Of a DNA stretch of 64,000 nucleotides, positions 26,316-38,900 are shown in pieces (within the stretch, counting starts at the first letter, position 1; each line of letters begins with the position of its first letter). Below the pieces are notes generated by a model. That model saw only the letters and a list, made by a program, of their open reading frames with translations, did not search any database and was not told the DNA's origin. The translations under genes and the position numbers were made by a program. The stretch is from Pelomyxa schiedti (Eukaryota; Protista; Evosea): assembly GCA_020536535.1 (NCBI GenBank), contig JAHLWZ010000347.1, positions 1-64,000 on the forward strand. Reading direction: 5' to 3'.

Positions 26316-28452
26316 ATGGGGAACCAGATGGACAGCTACGACATCTTGACCGCCTCTCGCACTATGTGGGACCTAGTTCTCACTCCCTACTTCCTTCTAC
26401 GCCGCAGCGGGAGAAATGCGAAGCCCTTGTCTAGAAAGAGATCTGTGGCCCTTATGTCTCTGTGTGAGGTCTTCTGGCCGCTCGTGCCCCGCGTCTGCAG
26501 TGCCATCGTTTCCGACTACGCGCAGTTCCGCGGCACAAGGGAGCAGCAGTTTCACGACATGCATGATGAGTGCGTGGGGGAGCACCGCTCGTCGTACGAC
26601 CCGCTGGAGTGGGCCGCCGAGGCCGGGGGAGGCGGGCGGGGCCGCTGCGCCCTGTGGCTGCTGAGGCGCCGCGAGCGGGAGGCCATGGCCAGGGGCGGCG
26701 GGCGGAACCGGGGGAAGGAGCAGGCGGCGGTGCTGCGGGGCCTGTGCATGGGTGGCCACTTGGGGGCGGCTCAGAGCCTCGTGGGCCGGTCTCGTGCTCC
26801 TGGTAGTGCTTGTGGGAACGGGGACGGGAATGCGAATGCAAATGTGAATGGGACCGGGACTGGGATTGCGGACGTGAATGAGGTTGGGGGGTGGATGGGA
26901 TGCGGCGGATTGTGCCGTTCGTTGGAAGTCGACGTGGGTGAGTCTTTGTTGCGCGGCGTGTGTGGTGCTGGACTCCTGGAAGTTGCCAAATGGATTGTGC
27001 TAAGGTTTCCTGTGCATAACTGGCAGATGTTCCTACCGTTTTTGAAAGCGATTGAGGGTGGCCACCTTGACGTCGCCCAGTGGATCGAGGGAAATTTTGA
27101 TGTCAGAAGGGTGCAGATGTTCTATCAAGTGTTTCAATACGCCCCTCGCAGTGGGAGGCTTGATGTGATGGAATACTGCTGGAATAGATTCAGATGTGAT
27201 GAAACCCACCAGGTGATCGCCCTCATCCTCCTATGCAGCAGGGTATCTGCCGAACATTACGTTGAGCAATGCAAATGGTTGAAGGAGCACCTCAACGGTA
27301 TAAGTTGGGACTCGCTTGTCACCTGGATGAATAATGCGGATGTGAAGCGCTGGATGATTAAAAGTGGGTTGGCACTACCACCAGATTCCTGTTATGTTGC
27401 CTTGTATAGTTTATGCGACGTCAAACTTGCCAAGTGGCTCATGGCCCAATATCACGTCCCTCTCCCTGAGGTTGAAGACTGGATCTTCGAAAACGATGAA
27501 GACAGTGTTTCCGTGGTGCAATTTATACTCCAACACCCAAAGAATGCCAAGAATCTCCCCCCAGCAGTAATGAGACAATCTATCAAAATGGCACTTTACC
27601 GTGGAAACCTGGCAGTAGCTGACTGGTTGGAAACTACTGGCCATTGTAGGGTCACTAAATCCCTGTTGGATGACGAACTCACCCGCTATTGGAGAACCGA
27701 GGTCTTCCATTGGTTCCTCGAACGAGTTCCGAACATCAAAGAACACCTAGTAGCCAAAGCGGTCAATTACTGTCTGTTGAATGCAAGCCCCAACATCGGC
27801 GGTGCTCTGATTTTGCTAAAAACTTGCAATCTTGATCATCACAGGAACCTGGCAATGTGGAGGACAGTTGTCGAAGCCCTTCCAAGTGTAGACCTTTCTT
27901 CGGCACAGCAGCTTTCTGCTCTGGGCCATTTCACAAGGGAACAGGTGGCCAGAAGCTTCGCTACCAGCAAGTCCGTGTTATCGGCAAAAGTGGTCAAATG
28001 GGCAATTGAAAGTTTCCATCTCGAGGCAAGGCAGGTCAAAGCAAACAACAATAGCCTATTGTTTGCGTTGATTGTCCGATCCAAGACATCCTGTGCGGAG
28101 TACTTTGTAAGGAAATTTAATGTCACTTTGAAGGAGGTATGTGAAACAATCAGGCTCCGTAACACTAACCATTCCACAGTTACTCGACATGTTTACAAAA
28201 CGCAGTCTTGGAGGCCTATCTGTGAGTCTGACAATGTGGAGGATGCTGCTCAGGCAATTCCCGGGAATCACGGCCGAAATTGTGAAGGAGAACTTGATGA
28301 GCGTAGTCATTGCTTCGCCTTACATCATGGAACACAGCCTTGGGACGTTGGGACTTACTGTGGCCGACATCCTTCAGTATTGCCATGGTCGCAATGTGTT
28401 CCTTCCAAGCCGCGTTTGGTTGGAACCGCATCAGAACACGCATTTAGAATGA
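26316..28452 (+). CDS. Ankyrin-like repeat hypothetical protein (2 exons)
   Basis: Degenerate ankyrin units (GLCMGGHLGAAQ, VCGAGLLEVAKW, AIEGGHLDVAQW, ALYRGNLAVADWL). A 43-nt GT-AG intron at 28137-28179 with an ACTAAC branch-like site shifts into the frame ending TGA at 28452. Confidence 0.7.
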
Positions 28453-28619
28453 AACTTGGTTTTGAATGTTTTTCCCTTTTTTTCCAAGACAAGTTCCTGG
28501 TGATTGACAACAAAATTTTATTGATGAAACAAGCGTGAAAGAGGGTTGTTGGTTGGGTAAAGAAGCAGTGTGGGAGATGATGGTTCTGATGGTTAGCGCG
28601 GGGGTGCAGGACAAATCAC

Positions 28620-31600
28620 TTAGAGCCATATTTTATGGACATCACCTTTTCCATATGACGTTTGGCAGCTTGGGCACCTTCTGCTACGTGCATGAAGTGA
28701 ACTCTCGATGCACTCGGAGCAAAACACGTGGAAACAGCGTGAAATAACCACGTTCTTCTCCCGGTCATTGCACAGAGTGCAACGGGTTTTAGCCTGTGGG
28801 AACGTAAACCGTTTGGGTATTACTTTGTTTGGTAAGAGCGAGTGAAACCTTGCACTGTGCCAATTCTTGTTCTAGATCACGAAATTTCTCACTCACCACT
28901 GGTTTCTTTTCAAGATTTTTTTGCAATGTGTCACACTCTTCCTTGGGAGTGTTAAGATGTGGGAACCGTATTGAGAGACATACCTCGAGCTCGGCAATTG
29001 TCTCCTTGAACTGAATAACCGATTGCTCTGCTTCAGCTTGCTGCTTTTTACAAGTGGTGTATGCCTGTTGAAGGTTGTCATATTGCACTTGAAGTTGTTT
29101 TTGACTCTTCATCAGGTCAGACAAGTCAGGGAAAGAGGGGAGACAACATGTATAGCACATGCTTGCGTTTTTGTATTGGTTTTTTGTATTTCAATAGTCT
29201 CCTTTATTGCATTTGCCTTTTTCAGTTAGACTAATAATGGGGATGCACAGTGAAACCAGCTTTTCTTCCACAGCTTTAATATACTCTTCCTTTGCTGCCA
29301 ATTGATCACTGAGTGTCTTCATCCTTTGTTCCATGGCCTCTAGCTTCTTGGCAATAGTCACTTTCTCTTCTTGGGCAAAATTCTGGGTCTGCTCAAGTTT
29401 GATTCGCTTTATTTTTTTGTTATTGTGAAAGGAATTTCACATTGTACAACCTCTTGTAGCATCTGGGCACCCCAGTCTTCCTTCTCCCCGATTTGAGCCA
29501 TAAGACGGGTATTTTGTTCCTGAAGTGCAGCGAACATTTTACATGTTTCCTCAAATTGAGATGTCAGTAAAGATGTTTCTTGTTTTTGTTGATCCAGTTT
29601 CTTTTGAAGCTCGCGATTGCCATGTTCGAGGCGACTATACTGCTCCTACGAAAGAATGATTACTAAGAAACTATGATTGAGAAGGGAACCCGTGAGGGAG
29701 TCTGAGATGTACTGGCTGATTGGGATGACCTTGATCTTGATGATGTTGATGTAGTGGATGTCAATGCTGCCGAGGAAGTGGAAAGGACTGGTGGATTGAC
29801 ACGTTCTGCTGTTGAGATTTGCAAGTTAAGGCCCAGTAATATAGTTTCTACATCAAGGGCGCTGCTGATGCTCTTCAGGCCATTCCATACTCCAGTTTTG
29901 TCCTTTGAAAAAAAAAAAAATTAGTCATAGTAGGCAATGTGTGCTAGGTGTTCTGGTGAGGTGTGAGCACAATGTATTCAAGCTATACCCCGGTACAACA
30001 TGATAAGTATCTATCAATTTGAGGAAGCTGTTGTGCTGCTTTTCTTATACAGGTGAGAAACGAAGAAATAAAGGTGTGTGACTCACCCAATTCTTAATCT
30101 CAATTCTTGAATTGCTTTCTTAAAAGGTTCTGTGTTGTTTAACTGCCACGCTAGAAGTAAGAGAATTGACAAGATAAAAGGATTAAATAAGCTATACAAA
30201 TGCTTGGGTAATAACTTTTCGTAGTAGTTCTGCCTCCAACTCGATTTCATCTTTCATTCGCTTTAACTTCGTACATTCCACACGCAACAGAGCTGTCTGT
30301 TCAAATCAGTAGGCTCAACATAGAAGACAAAAAGACCTCTTGCTGAGCTTTGTCAAGTTGTTCGGTTTTCATTTTAATAATGGCAGTGGTCTCCTGGACC
30401 AATTTTGCAGATGGTTGCATAGCTGCTTTCAGTTTACTCTAGTAAACGAAAATGACCTTAGAAACAACAATTGAAAGAACTTGGGTACCTCAAGAATTAC
30501 TTGAGCTAGTTGAGCTCTGAGACGAGTATTGTCTTCTTCTGCCATTTTTTGGGCCTTCACGCAAGTTTGCTCACTCTGTTGTAGTATTTTTACCTTTATG
30601 AGGGAGTGAGGACACAATTTTTTTCCACTGGTTTGTCGTACCTCACTACACCTAGTGGCAGCTTTGTCGTCTATGGTCTTTTTAACTACAGCAGAGAGTT
30701 CATCAACCTTGGTGGCTACTTCTTGTTGTGCTGATGTAAATTGAGCCAATAGAGACTTGTAGGTTGTTGTAGTCACTATCCGTGACTCTGGAATGGATTC
30801 CAGCTAGTAATAACCAAAATGTAAATGAAAAACTTCATTATCCACTATCACAAACCTCAGCTTTAAGAGTGCTGTTTTCTTGCTTCTGTAGGGCTAGATC
30901 GTTCTCCAGCTTCGTCATGGATTGTTTCAAAGAAAGGATTTCATTTTCCATCTAAAACGAGATGAGTACAGTGGAATAGAAAGACAAGACTTATTTTCGA
31001 ACAAGTTGAGTATTAAACCTGAACAAAAGACTGCGAAGTGGATGCCCCAAGGGTAGGAGACGATTCTTGCTTAATCGAACAAGGTGTCATAACTACATCA
31101 CCTGAACTTGAATTTTCTACAGGTGTGGCTAATAGGGAAGGAGATGTAATCACTTGAGACACAAAAGGAGCAGAATTTTGCTTGAAAGAATTATTAGGTT
31201 GGGAAAAATTTGATAGGTACCTTAAGTTTTGCTACTAATCTACGCATCTGAGTGACTTCCAATTGTGTTGAAGCTAAATCAGCTTTCAGTGAGGAAATTT
31301 TCTTTCATATGTCAGGGTCAAGGAAAAAAAAAATTTCTCACACCTCTTGGGCTGTGCAAAGAGTGGATTTGAGGTTTGAAACTTCAAGAGCACTTGCTTT
31401 AGATCTTACATCAAATAAGATGCACGGATAAGGGAACATGGAAAACCTGGCTACAACTGAGTTGAGAGTGTGCTGTGCACTCTGTAGGAGTAAATCTTGC
31501 TTATGATTAAAATCGAGAGCTTCTTTCATGGCAACAGAGGCACGAAGGCTGGGATCTATTACAGGCATAAAAATCCAAAAAAAAAAAAAAATGGTTTGGG

Positions 31601-32770
31601 AGGAAAAGTACCCATTTCTTGTAAGTGTTTGGAAGCAGTATGCAAAGCTTTGTTCTGTGAGTCTACTATCACTTGAAGGCAAGTCTCTGTTTCTTTGAGC
31701 TTTTTCTCAAGGGATTTTTCAATAGCATCAGCCCATTGATCTGCGGCTATAGACATCAACAACTTGAAGAAAAGTGGGAAAAAAAAACCAACTGCTATTT
31801 CTAGCAACATGATTGGTTTCTTTTAGGGCGTCACAAAACTGGTTTAGAATATCTGTTGTACGTGCAGGTTCCTCATCTATCCCAGAAGGAAAGAGAAAAC
31901 AAGTGAATACAGTGATTGCCCAAAATGGAATATTTACAGTTACTATTTGGTGAGTGAATCAAAAAGTTGTCCATCAAATGTTCAAGTCTATCCCAAGCCC
32001 TGCATATTTGGAAGAAAGCATCTCGCGTTCTTGAGGCCCCATGCTAAAATAATTATTTGCAGAAAATAAATTAGTTGCAATCTAAACTGATATAGAAGGA
32101 TGAGGAAAGTAGGCACCCTCAAGGAAGAATTGTCAGACTTGAGAGATTGTATTTCGGCATTCCTTTCACGCAGTTTTATCAACAGCTGCTGTTTCTGGAA
32201 GTTCTCCACTTTGTCCATGATCTCCCTGGGCAAGTCAAAGTCTGAGGGGTCCAACTTGGTCACCTCGATGTCCAGCTCACCCAGTACATTTCGTGTTTTC
32301 CTGGGTCTCTTTGCCGGCCTGCTCTGAGGATTCCCCGACGTAGATATAGGCTCCATTTTCACATCGCATCTTCCTGCACTGGCACTGTTCAAACTCTGGC
32401 CTTGCGCCGCCGAAGCTGACGAGATCGACTCGTTGCCACAAGAACCACGCGGCGAGGTCGATGACGATGTGGTGTTAGTTACGGCACTCCCAGTAGCTGT
32501 TGACGTCGCAGATCTATCCACAGACGACGACGTTACGATTGTAGGCGATGACGTCGCGGAGTTTGCCGTAACCACAGACGACGTAGATGCAGGAGAGATG
32601 GAGATGTTGCTGCTGCTGCTGTGGGGGTTTGTCGTTGATGCGGAGGAGGAAGGGGGACTAGTACTAGTACTACTGCTTGTTGTAGATGCGGTGGTATTTG
32701 TGTTCGTAAATGAGTTTGACATATTAATTGGTGCGGGCGGAGGTCTCTTTATGCCCCCGGCTTCGGTCAT
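28620..32770 (-). CDS. BRE1: BRE1/RNF20-40-like E3 ubiquitin ligase (coiled coil plus C-terminal C3HC4 RING), many exons
   Basis: Last exon reads CTLCNDREKNVVISRCFHVFCSECIESSLHARSRRCPSCQTSYGKGDVHKIWL*, a BRE1-type terminal RING. N-terminal FQKQQL motif and coiled-coil exons in between. Confidence 0.8.
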
Positions 32771-32957
32771 TTTATCGAGGATGTCGCCCCAATTTTTATG
32801 CCTTATGGCTTGTCTTTGTTAATTTCTTTTGATTTTTCTGCTTCTTGGCCCTGAGTTGGGTTTTTTGGTTTTTTTTTTCTCGTCTGGCGTGTCTGCCCCA
32901 CTCGACAACAAACAAAGTCTTGTGTGTTGTGGTTGTGCAGACGTAGTTTGGTGGAGG
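32771..32957. promoter_or_regulatory. Short divergent intergenic region, candidate bidirectional promoter
   Basis: 187 bp, T-rich, between the BRE1-like ATG (32770, minus) and the inferred copy 2 ATG (32958, plus). Confidence 0.4.
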
Positions 32958-35900
32958 ATGACTTCGATACCACCGCGCCTCATTCGCCCATGTACGTACG
33001 AAAAATAAATGGGGGTCTTTTGGTGTTGTAAACGGCGTGAACAGACGTGGATTCAATACGGGAGAACGGATGTTTCCGCAGTCGATTGCGCCGTCACAAA
33101 ACTGGTGAATCGCTTGCAGTGGTATTCCCAAGAGGTGTTGACCAGAGTTCCATGAAGAAAACGCATGTGGTGCTTTCCATTCAAGAAATGAACAATCTTT
33201 TCAGGTGTGCACTCATTGTATCATTGGTTTTTTTCCTTTAACATTGGGAGTCTTGAGGGAAATTCTTTACAGTTGATGGAGATACTTGGAGTGGCCATGG
33301 TAAGAGTTCACATAAATCTCTTTTAACTTTTAAATGGAAACTGGCAGCAAATACACAGAACACGTCTTGAATTGGAAATCATGGGTCACCCACATTTCCA
33401 AGGAAATGATGATCTTCTCAATAAACCTGGGGAACTGAAACATGTGCATGGATTGGATGATTCACACAATTTGGTGAGTTTTCCTCTCACTTCTTTTCAA
33501 TTCTTTGTGGCCATCCCCAGTCCTGCAGCTGAAATATTTAGTGGAGTTTGTTAACATACAAACACTAGTTGAAGCATCAAAGTGATGAATGGCAGTTGGC
33601 CCTGACTGAGGTGTACAAAAAGCATCCTCGTCTCAATTTCTTGTCACCAATACAACTCACAAGGTTCGGGGCAGTAATGATAACAGAGTCACCTGAAATA
33701 ACTGGTTAACTACAAACAATACGCCTAAAATTCAGTTTCTTGCAGGACCATATTTGTGGGCATGCTTCCCAGAGGTGAATGAAATTCCCCCAGAAGCAGT
33801 ACTACAGTGTTTGGACTTAGCACTGAACACTGTAGGGAGAACGCAACCAACATCAGCAGCGGACCCTGCATTTTTGTTCAAGCTTGTTGCCACTTTTGTA
33901 ACTCAGGTTGCCAACCTGAAATCAGTCCAAGTGAAAACAGGGTGTGGGGAACAGCATTACCCCTGCATTGTTGACACTTCTCGGCATATCGTTGTTCAAC
34001 TTGCCGAAGGTTTCACTCCCTGCTCTATCATGTATTTGCTTTTTGAAGTGTTTGAATTCCAAAAGCCACACCCATCTAGGGTACTGTTTATAAAGAACAC
34101 AACAAGCAGACAATGCCTAAAACAGTTTCTTCGATGCATCAATAGTTTTCCACACCTCACATTCGCCATTGTGGGTGTGAATGATATGAAAGCGGAACTC
34201 AGGCAGTGTTTGTACAAGTGGTACTCAAAACCGGCAACACAAAACCAAGCACCAGCAAAAACTTTCCTGATTTTCACCTCCCGTGTTGGAATTGGTGCTT
34301 TCTCCAACAGTATCGTCAAGCAGCAGACAGTGGTGTTGGCGGAGGTCAAATCAAGAATCATAACATCACCTCTGAATCCCCAACAGATCATGGAAAGCGC
34401 CAAGGCAACTGTGTCATGTTATACTGGCGGGTCCCGCTCTGGAAAAAGCACTGAGATCAGCGCAAAAATGGAACAGAACAAAAAGAACTTGGAACCACTG
34501 TGCATCAGCATGACTGAGTGCTTCTCTGGGTCTGATGCAATTCCAAAGCTTTCCTCTTTGATGAAAGTGGTAATGAGTTGTGATGAGGCAACGCAGTTTG
34601 TTGCCAACATTCACTTTGACGTGGGTACCTATGCTTACATGGACACAATCTCCACCTTTTTTTACGACATGCTCATGTGGGGTGTTGTGTGTGACAGTGG
34701 GACAGGTGTGATGCTTCCAGTTTCTCGAAGAAATCTCAGGTGGAACTTGTTTGTTGAATTATCACCAGAACCATCCTCTGATGCCTCCAAAGGTTTTGGC
34801 TTTTCAGAGCTCGTTCTTGAGAATCTCCCCATCCTGAACCACCTTGGAGCCATTGTCAAGCAGTGTGAGATCCCATTTGTCGTGGACAGCAGTGCCTTAC
34901 TTGTTGCAAAGTTCTTTCAAGCAAAGGTGAAGAACCTTCTTGACAAACCAGCTGGACTTGTGGCAGAGCTGAACGCAAACCCTCTTTCCTTCAACCCTGT
35001 TCTTGTACTGGAGGATTTCTTTCGTTCTTTCAAACCAGCCACTGTTTCCAGTGTTTCACTCCCTTCAGACAGAATGATGCAGCGCCACTTTGTGTCACTG
35101 TTGGCAGATCGGTGCAAATGGCTTTCAGTTCATGCACGCCAGAGATTGACACTATACAACAATTGTGAGCTGGCCAACAACCTCAGTGGAACAGTGCCCA
35201 TCAGCAAACTCTTCCAGATGTTTGTGGAAGAGAGCCACGTTTTGTGCAACCCCACGTTTGCCTCCGAGAAGCTCATTTACGCTGCTCGTGAAAAACCACC
35301 TCTTCATAGAAAAGATACTATGGTGGTGATGCAGCTGCCAATTTTCTTTGCTGTCATGGAACATGTTCCCCCACAACTTCCAGTTCCAGAAGAGTTGGTC
35401 TTTACTTTGACCAAGGCCAGGGACTCCAAATTACTTCAACAACAACTGCAACTGGCATTTGGAATGGAGAACATTCAGGAAGTCATTGAGAGGAAAAAGT
35501 ACATCCTCACACCAGACTTTGCACTAAAAATACTGGTTGTTTATGATCACATGAATGCAGGACTCAACCTCGTGATTTCTGGGGGAATAGGAACAGGCAA
35601 AACGGAACTTGTTGATGTGTTCGGTGCGCTACTCAACTCCAGAACAAAGTTGACACCCAACTTGCCAATCAAGATGAAGAAGTTTGTGCTCGGAAAGATG
35701 CTCAGCAGCATACAGGCCATCCCCAGAGCATTGTTGGACCAGTGTCGTGCCATCCTGCAAGGGCAACCACCATCCAAAGTTCCCCAAACACCTTTAAACA
35801 TTACAGCCCCCAAAAACACTCCCAAGACCTGCTGCCTTGAGTGGTTGGATGACAATGAGTTTTTCCACAAATTTCTCCTTGAAATGCTTGCCACTTACCC

Positions 35901-38900
35901 GCACCTTTTCCCCCAGTTTGCAAGCAGGATTGTTCAATTCTTGAAGAAAAATTTGATGAAACACAGGCACATATCCCTGAATGATACTGGCAACCTGTCC
36001 AGAGTTCTCGATTACACCCTTCTTCAAGTGTGTTGTGTGGAAAATGATATCTTTATTCTCACCAAGACATACAGCCAGAAGAAAACGTTGCAGCAGGGAG
36101 GAAATATGTTGTCAACAACCCAAACGAGCTTGCTGACTTGGTGACGTCGTTCAGAAATGCCAAGTTTGAGAAGGTTTTCCACAAAATTCGCATGCACCAA
36201 GGACTTTGTGCAGATGAATTCAGAGAAAGGATCAACGAGATCAAGGAAACACTCACCAAGTTCCCCAAAGACACAAAGGTTGTTTGCTTCATTGACAACT
36301 GCACATCAACAATGAACCTGCTTGGAATGGTGAAGGAAGTGATGTGTGACTCAAACCTGGATGGTGAACCACTTCCAAAGAACATCTTCTTCGTGGCTGC
36401 ACTCAACAATAACCAGCCCAGTATTCCTCCACTCACAACCAATAATACCAGGTGTCAAGTGGAATTGGCAACTTCATCAGTACAAAATCGGATTGATCTT
36501 GCTGGAACTCCCAGCAAGTTTGGTACCAAGTCCTTTTCAGTGAGACCACCGCCCCTCTCCATGAAGAAGATGACTGTTGACTTTGGCCAACTCACAAACC
36601 TGCAAGAGAAGACCTTCATTGACGGTTTGATTTCATCTCACATCAAGGATGAGGCAGAAGTAGATGAAACCCACAGGAATCAACTCAAGTCACTTCTGAT
36701 ATTTGGGCAGGACTTCAGCAACAATGCCAACATTCACTGGGTCACTGCCGGCATCCGAGACATTGTTCGAGCCATCACTCTTTATATTTATTTTCTCCAC
36801 CACCCACAGTTCATGTTCAACTTGCCGCAAATATTGGCACCAAGTTACAACACCCATGTTCATTGGCAAGCAATGGTTGTATTTTATTTTTTCTCTCTCC
36901 TTCATCATTTTCTATTATTTTGGTTACACAAACAAGGTTATATCAATTGCAATGACATATTACTTCCGACTTCCATCACGAGACTTCTTTGAACAACAGA
37001 GCCCACTCCAAGCACCACAAACCAGAACACCGTGTACAAGGGACCAATTCCAGGATGCCCTTCTGAAATTCCTTAACAACTTCAAAGATGCACCAGAATA
37101 CTTCAATGTGTGGGATTATTACCTCAATAACGGTGTACTCAACTCCTTGTGTAGCAATACCCACCTTCCACCTGGAATTGCCAAGACCAAGGCACTCAAG
37201 GAAAACCTGTTTTGCACTGTTGTGTGCCTTGACGCAAAGATTCCCCTGGTAATTGTTGGTCCTACGTACGTTTTTTCCTTCTCCCCTTACTCAACGACTC
37301 ACTTCATCCAGTGGTTGCTCCAAGACACTGAGTTTCAAGGTTGCCATTGAAAACATGAAGGGGCAGATATCCCCAGAAAAATTCTATCGCACGTTGCACC
37401 ATGTGCATGCATTCCGATACCAATTCAGTGAGCAGTCAACCCTCACAGAAATCATGTATGTTTTCAAATCTGCAATTCTGAGGCAAAAGACTTTCCCCGG
37501 CAATTCCCAAGAGTGTTGTGCTGTTCTTTTTGATGAAGTTGAAGAGAAAACACCTCTGGAGGTGTGAAGAACTTATGAATGCTTTTGGAAATTTACAATG
37601 ACAGATTTTGAATCTCAGCCTTGACCACAGCCCAGTTTCCTGTGTCTTGTTGTCCAGAAAGATTCTTGATGAGGTAACAACCAACCAAGGTTTGATGCTG
37701 TGGCAAGGAGAACCACAACTCGCCGATTTGCAGACTTTGGCTGAAGGTTTGGTGGAGCCTCCTTGCCATAGTAGTTAACATAACAGTACAAACTAACAGA
37801 GTGCATTTTTGGGAATAAGACAAGCAGTATTGCCCCATCGATAAGAGAAATCCTTGGGACACTTTGCAGATCCTACCAGACAGAAGTGACCAAGGCCTAT
37901 GGGCTGCCTTATCCAGAAAGGTTCTTTCACCTCAGAGACTTTGTCTATTTTCTTCGCTATCTTAGGAAGCAACACTCAGTACATGGCCTTCACATTTCCC
38001 CAGACGTGGTTCTTTCTGGTTTACGACGAAACTTTGGGGGACTTATTCAGAGTCACTTTGACAATCTCGTTATGAACTTCTTTGGCAATGCAAATGGAGC
38101 ACTGACGAAATATGGCCTGCCACTGTGGGTGTCACCTGCAACTGACCAACATAGAACAGAGATTACCACCATCAGGGAGAACCTTGCAGAGAGGCTCACT
38201 GATGCTGCTGACCCAAACTCTTCTCCATTCAGATATCTCATGCTGGTGTGCTGTATTTGGAAAAACAACAACCAATAAATCTCACCTAATACTCCACAGC
38301 TGGATCCATCCGAAAATGCAGTTGCCGTGTCTTTACTTTTTGACTTAGGATTGTGTGATCACAGCCAAACGAGTGTGTGCTCTCTTGGTGGATTCAGTGA
38401 GGATGGTGACCAGAAATTGAAAGCGGCAGTGGTGGAAAAATTCAAGGCGGCAATGGAAAAAGGAGATACGATTGTGCTGGTGAACTCCACCAGTGTTCAC
38501 TGTTCGTTGTACGATGTTTTCAACCGCTATTATACAATCATTCCAACTAGCACCAGCACGAGGCTTTGTTTCACCAATCTTGCTGCTGGGTCATTCCCAC
38601 AGGCATGCTTTGTCCATGACAACTTCCGTGTCATCCTTCATGTGCCCAAGTCCTCCCTCCAAACAATTCCTACCGCCCTGCTCAGTAGATTTGAGAAATA
38701 CTGCCTTGGAATTGATGATGCACTCTTTGAGCGACTTCAGACCATCTCACTTCCCAAACTCATCACCCCCATGAGTGCCCTTCCTTTGCATCCATACGAA
38801 GTCTTGCGTGATGGGGCACTGCACATGATCAATGAACTGCACACCACTCAGTCCAACAATCGACTGTTTTATGGTGTGACTCCAAAAGAAACGGCGAGTT

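Noticed and set aside
28453-28538. C-terminal tail of the 748-aa ORF 26292-28538
   Set aside because: Read-through of the 28137-28179 intron; the spliced frame ending at 28452 looks more protein-like.
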